20,000 nucleotides of DNA, from the IMG/VR virus record IMGVR_UViG_3300025131_000020. One strand, written 5' to 3'. Positions 17,153-20,000 of this stretch are shown here, in pieces. The DNA comes from an uncultured virus (IMG/VR IMGVR_UViG_3300025131_000020). Its lineage: Duplodnaviria > Heunggongvirae > Uroviricota > Caudoviricetes. The notes beneath the pieces are model-generated. The model had not been told where the DNA came from. It did not search any database and saw only the letters and a list, made by a program, of their open reading frames with translations. A program made the position numbers and the translations under genes. Every line of letters begins with the position of its first letter. Within the stretch, counting starts at the first letter, position 1.

Positions 17153-18318
17153 CTCTTTTTTCTCCAGTATGCACTATCAATTAAGTCATCGTATTTCATA
17201 CAAATCGCTCTTTGGGAAAAGGTATCTTTTAGCTTATCAGACAGATCAGAGGCCCACTGGATGGGCTTTTCATAATTATTTCTAAACTTTTTAACTTTCT
17301 TCTTAAAGTCTTCTTCACTTGGATCTGCCCATTTAAACCCTTTAAGAAATATTCTTCCGTCAATCCTACTATCAGGTATGTCAACAAGGCTATATGATAT
17401 TGGTATAAATTTTCCAATATTGAGAAAATCTAGGTGACCAGACCAGTTTGTTGCTATTACAGGAATTTTTGCTGCTGATGCTTCAAGAAGCGGGAGACCA
17501 AATCCCTCTCCTCTTGTTAGACTCACTAGACACTTTATTGAATCTATCTTATAAAGTGATGCAATTTCATCACTTGACATATTTCCGTGAAGAAGGTGGA
17601 CTCTTGGATATGGTCCCTTTCTTGCCTCGCTAATTACCTGTTTAATCTTTTGAAGTGTAATTCCTCGATCTATTCTTGTCCCCCTTCCGTGATTTGTTTT
17701 TACAACAATTCCAACGTCAGGATCGTCCTCAAATGATTCAAAAAGCCACTTTAGTGTAAAAAGTAAATTCTTTCTATCATTATACGGATCACCTCCTGTA
17801 AATTGTCCCAAAACTAAAAAATTAAAGTCCGTATTTAAATTTAATGGAAGTGGATCTAGGTCTTCATCTATCTTTTCGATATATGACTCTGGAACAACAT
17901 GGACAGGTGTCTTTACAGTTCCTGTTCTCATAATTGTATTTTTAACATGTTCTGTTGGAACAATTACCAGGTCCATTTCATTAATCTTGGATAGCCATTT
18001 AGGATTACATCGATCTGTTTCAACAAATGCACTTACACCGATATTGAACTTTGCCAAATTTGAATCCCACTCATCAGGAAGCTGGACCTGTATAGAAATA
18101 TCACCATTTTTAATTACGGGAGAAGATTTTTTCATAACTTCTTCAATTAGTCCGTCTTCCATTTCTGGATTAATCATCCATGTAGTGTTTCCCCAGTTGA
18201 CAACCTGGGCAATAACATCAAAATCCTTTCTGCCTAGAAGCCACTTAAAAATTTGCCTAGAGTGAGTTCCATACCCACTGTAAGATAAAAGTGGTGCTCT
18301 TATAATAACTTTTTTCAT
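17149..18318 (-). CDS. GT-B fold glycosyltransferase, GT4 / Glycos_transf_1-like (389 aa)
   Basis: N-terminal MKKVIIRAPLLSYSGYGTHSR, RKN motif, and the C-terminal nucleotide-sugar binding motif RGEGFGLPLLEASAAKIPVIATNWSGHLDFL. I moved the start to ATG 18318 (AGGA upstream), which removes the 53-bp overlap of the track's 18384 start. Confidence 0.9.
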   Translation of the reverse strand: MKKVIIRAPLLSYSGYGTHSRQIFKWLLGRKDFDVIAQVVNWGNTTWMINPEMEDGLIEEVMKKSSPVIKNGDISIQVQLPDEWDSNLAKFNIGVSAFVETDRCNPKWLSKINEMDLVIVPTEHVKNTIMRTGTVKTPVHVVPESYIEKIDEDLDPLPLNLNTDFNFLVLGQFTGGDPYNDRKNLLFTLKWLFESFEDDPDVGIVVKTNHGRGTRIDRGITLQKIKQVISEARKGPYPRVHLLHGNMSSDEIASLYKIDSIKCLVSLTRGEGFGLPLLEASAAKIPVIATNWSGHLDFLNIGKFIPISYSLVDIPDSRIDGRIFLKGFKWADPSEEDFKKKVKKFRNNYEKPIQWASDLSDKLKDTFSQRAICMKYDDLIDSAYWRKKS

Positions 18319-18331
18319 AAAATAATATTTC

Positions 18332-19579
18332 CTATAGCGTAAAGCATTCCCAAGTTTTATAGCTTTCCTTCCAGTTTTCTGCAAGATTTTTCATTGTATC
18401 ATGCCATTTATCAACAGTATCTTGTAGAAGAAAATTTTCTTCAACATACTTTAGACATTTTTCTCTAAGTTCTAGCTTTTCCTGACTAGAAAGCTTTGCC
18501 ATCTTTAAGAGCCCATCTGCGACTGTCTCTGAGGAGACATAGTCTTCATAGATGTAGGGTACCTGCTGGGATCCTACAAGCGATCTAAACTCTACTGGAA
18601 GTGCGACACCATTTTCTGTTCCATCTCTATGATCTTCAACCTGTCTTGTTAAACCGCCTGTCTTTATTGCTACAGAGGGACATCCTGACATCATTGCCTC
18701 AAGTGTGGCAAGCCCGAAGCCTTCTGCATAGCTAATATTAAGACATGCATCTGATATATTGTAGAGAACATTTATTTTTTCAAACTCTAGCCGCTCTGTT
18801 GAAAAATAAACATTTTCAACAATTCCAAAATATTCAGAATTTTGAAGCAAGTTTGGCCCCTCTTGATCAAGGGGATCAGTATGCATAATAAGAGTGGCCT
18901 TTCTATGCCCTTCAGACTCTTCAAGCCTATCTAAAAAGATCTTCCATGATTCCATGACATCAGCAGGCCTTTTTCTCTTAGCATTTCTATTGACCCAAAT
19001 ACAGACAAAGTGATCAAGCCTGTCATTTCCTAAAATCTGTTGCTTATATGATATTCTCTCTGTCTCGGGCATAGGAAAGAATAATTCTTTCGGAACTGCA
19101 TGTGGAATAAAGTTAACTTCACTTTCAACGTTATCCTTTATTAGCTCATATGTCATATGAGAGTGACAGTTAATTAAATCTGTTGAATCATATAGGACCT
19201 GATTAAAAGAGGGATACGGAGCATTATCCCAAACATGCCACCAGGCTATTGGGCAAACTTGATGAACCTCATCTTCCATCTCAAAGAGCCAGATAAAGAA
19301 TCTTGGATCAGTGAATATAAATAAGACATCAGGTTTTTCTGTTGCAAGTGCAATTCTTAATAGATTTCTATCTCCAAATCCATCAATTGGCTTAATTATA
19401 AGATCTTCATTTACTACAACAGTTTCATAGTCTGTGTGCTTTAGGGCAGCGCCAAACTGTCTAAATGTCCACTCATTTTTCTGTATCAAGCCGCCTAAGA
19501 GATGTCGTGTCTGGGTTCCAACGCCGGAGCATGAAAGAGCATGATCTGATAGGACTACGACTTTTTTCTTTTTTGCCAT
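18332..19579 (-). CDS. GT-B fold glycosyltransferase, GT4 / Glycos_transf_1-like (415 aa)
   Basis: KVVVLSDHALSCSGVGTQTR, VNRNAKRKRP, LYNISD...ISYAEGFGLATLEAMMSGCPSVAIKTGGL (E-X7-E motif). Confidence 0.9.
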   Translation of the reverse strand: MAKKKKVVVLSDHALSCSGVGTQTRHLLGGLIQKNEWTFRQFGAALKHTDYETVVVNEDLIIKPIDGFGDRNLLRIALATEKPDVLFIFTDPRFFIWLFEMEDEVHQVCPIAWWHVWDNAPYPSFNQVLYDSTDLINCHSHMTYELIKDNVESEVNFIPHAVPKELFFPMPETERISYKQQILGNDRLDHFVCIWVNRNAKRKRPADVMESWKIFLDRLEESEGHRKATLIMHTDPLDQEGPNLLQNSEYFGIVENVYFSTERLEFEKINVLYNISDACLNISYAEGFGLATLEAMMSGCPSVAIKTGGLTRQVEDHRDGTENGVALPVEFRSLVGSQQVPYIYEDYVSSETVADGLLKMAKLSSQEKLELREKCLKYVEENFLLQDTVDKWHDTMKNLAENWKESYKTWECFTL

Positions 19580-19587
19580 TGATTTAT

Positions 19588-19622
19588 TATCCTCAGTGAA
19601 ATATTAACACTGAGATATTATA
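19588..19622 (-). promoter_or_regulatory. Intergenic hairpin overlapping the glycosyltransferase RBS, with adjacent TATAAT -10-like hexamer
   Basis: Perfect 7-bp inverted repeat CTCAGTG (19592-19598) / CACTGAG (19608-19614) with a 9-nt loop, extendable across one bulge. SD GAGGA at 19594-19590 lies in the 3' arm on the minus strand. TATAAT at 19622-19617; no correctly spaced -35 seen. Confidence 0.5.
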
Positions 19623-19629
19623 AAGTAAA

Positions 19630-20000
19630 TCAGGTGCAATGTTCTGTATTTTTAAATTGACAGTATCTACAAGAGTCTCTATTTTTTAAAAATATGCCCC
19701 TATAGACAGAGGATATCATGCTATTCATCATCTTTATACCCATGCCTAGAGTCTTAGGGCCCACAGATACTGTTACAAGCTCGCAGATACGTCCAGGCTT
19801 ACCTCCTCGCTTAAGAAGGATAAAACCACAACGTACATCCTTGAGAGGTACATCATGCTTTCTGGACCAAAAGTGCTTATATAAAATAAGCTGTGCTGTC
19901 ATTAGCAAGCTCTGTTTCTTTTCTCTTCTCCAGCCATAGGATTGAGCCGTCTTCCAGTCGAGAATCCAATAGTTATATCCCTCTCCTCGCTTCTTTGGAA
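19630..20000 (-). CDS. PD-(D/E)XK nuclease, RecB/Cas4-like; 5'-partial
   Basis: The frame stays open past the track's start to the window edge: ...PKKRGEGYNYWILDWKTAQSYGW...AQLILYK...SCRYCQFKNTEHC. This gives the D-x-K catalytic motif, the RecB-family QxxxY motif and a C-terminal CxxC-x7-C cluster. Confidence 0.82.
   Translation of the reverse strand, partial: PKKRGEGYNYWILDWKTAQSYGWRREKKQSLLMTAQLILYKHFWSRKHDVPLKDVRCGFILLKRGGKPGRICELVTVSVGPKTLGMGIKMMNSMISSVYRGIFLKNRDSCRYCQFKNTEHCT

Noticed and set aside
18319..18384. 22-aa N-terminal extension of the second glycosyltransferase overlapping the first
   Set aside because: The GT-B first strand starts at MKKVIIRAP (ATG 18318) with an SD-like AGGA, so the longer start is probably a longest-ORF artefact.
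5128..19939. Remaining short ORFs in the track (for example 5128-5361, 5786-5995, 6280-6879, 8350-8553, 10188-10391, 11414-11599, 14860-15504, 16854-17633, 17987-18265, 19718-19939)
   Set aside because: All lie within or antisense to longer, well-supported genes and show no recognisable motifs.
19630..20000. CRISPR-Cas locus suggested by the Cas4-like gene
   Set aside because: No repeat-spacer array or other cas genes are visible in the window.

Overview
AT-rich, densely coding window in which every credible gene lies on the minus strand in one tightly coupled run. It is best read as part of a large, probably uncultured myovirus with T4-like features; a cellular contractile injection system is unlikely. 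In transcription order (20000 to 1): partial PD-(D/E)XK/Cas4-like nuclease, two tandem GT-B (GT4-like) glycosyltransferases, a small membrane/coiled-coil protein, a gp55-like sigma factor, a putative small terminase subunit, a gp5/VgrG-like central spike, a very hydrophobic 419-aa helical protein, gp25-like and gp6/gpJ-like baseplate wedge proteins, a 512-aa virion protein, a 1246-aa gp7/gpI-like wedge protein with two LamG-like domains, a 319-aa protein, and a LamG-containing ORF of at least 1478 codons (4434 to <1) that the supplied ORF track missed. The most striking unexplained signal is strong enrichment of [S/T]-G-S tripeptides, confined to the four distal baseplate/receptor-binding proteins, in the same gene run as two glycosyltransferases. 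This suggests, as a hypothesis only, a phage-encoded, sequon-directed virion O-glycosylation system. All family calls come from motif recognition by eye, and all counts are manual.
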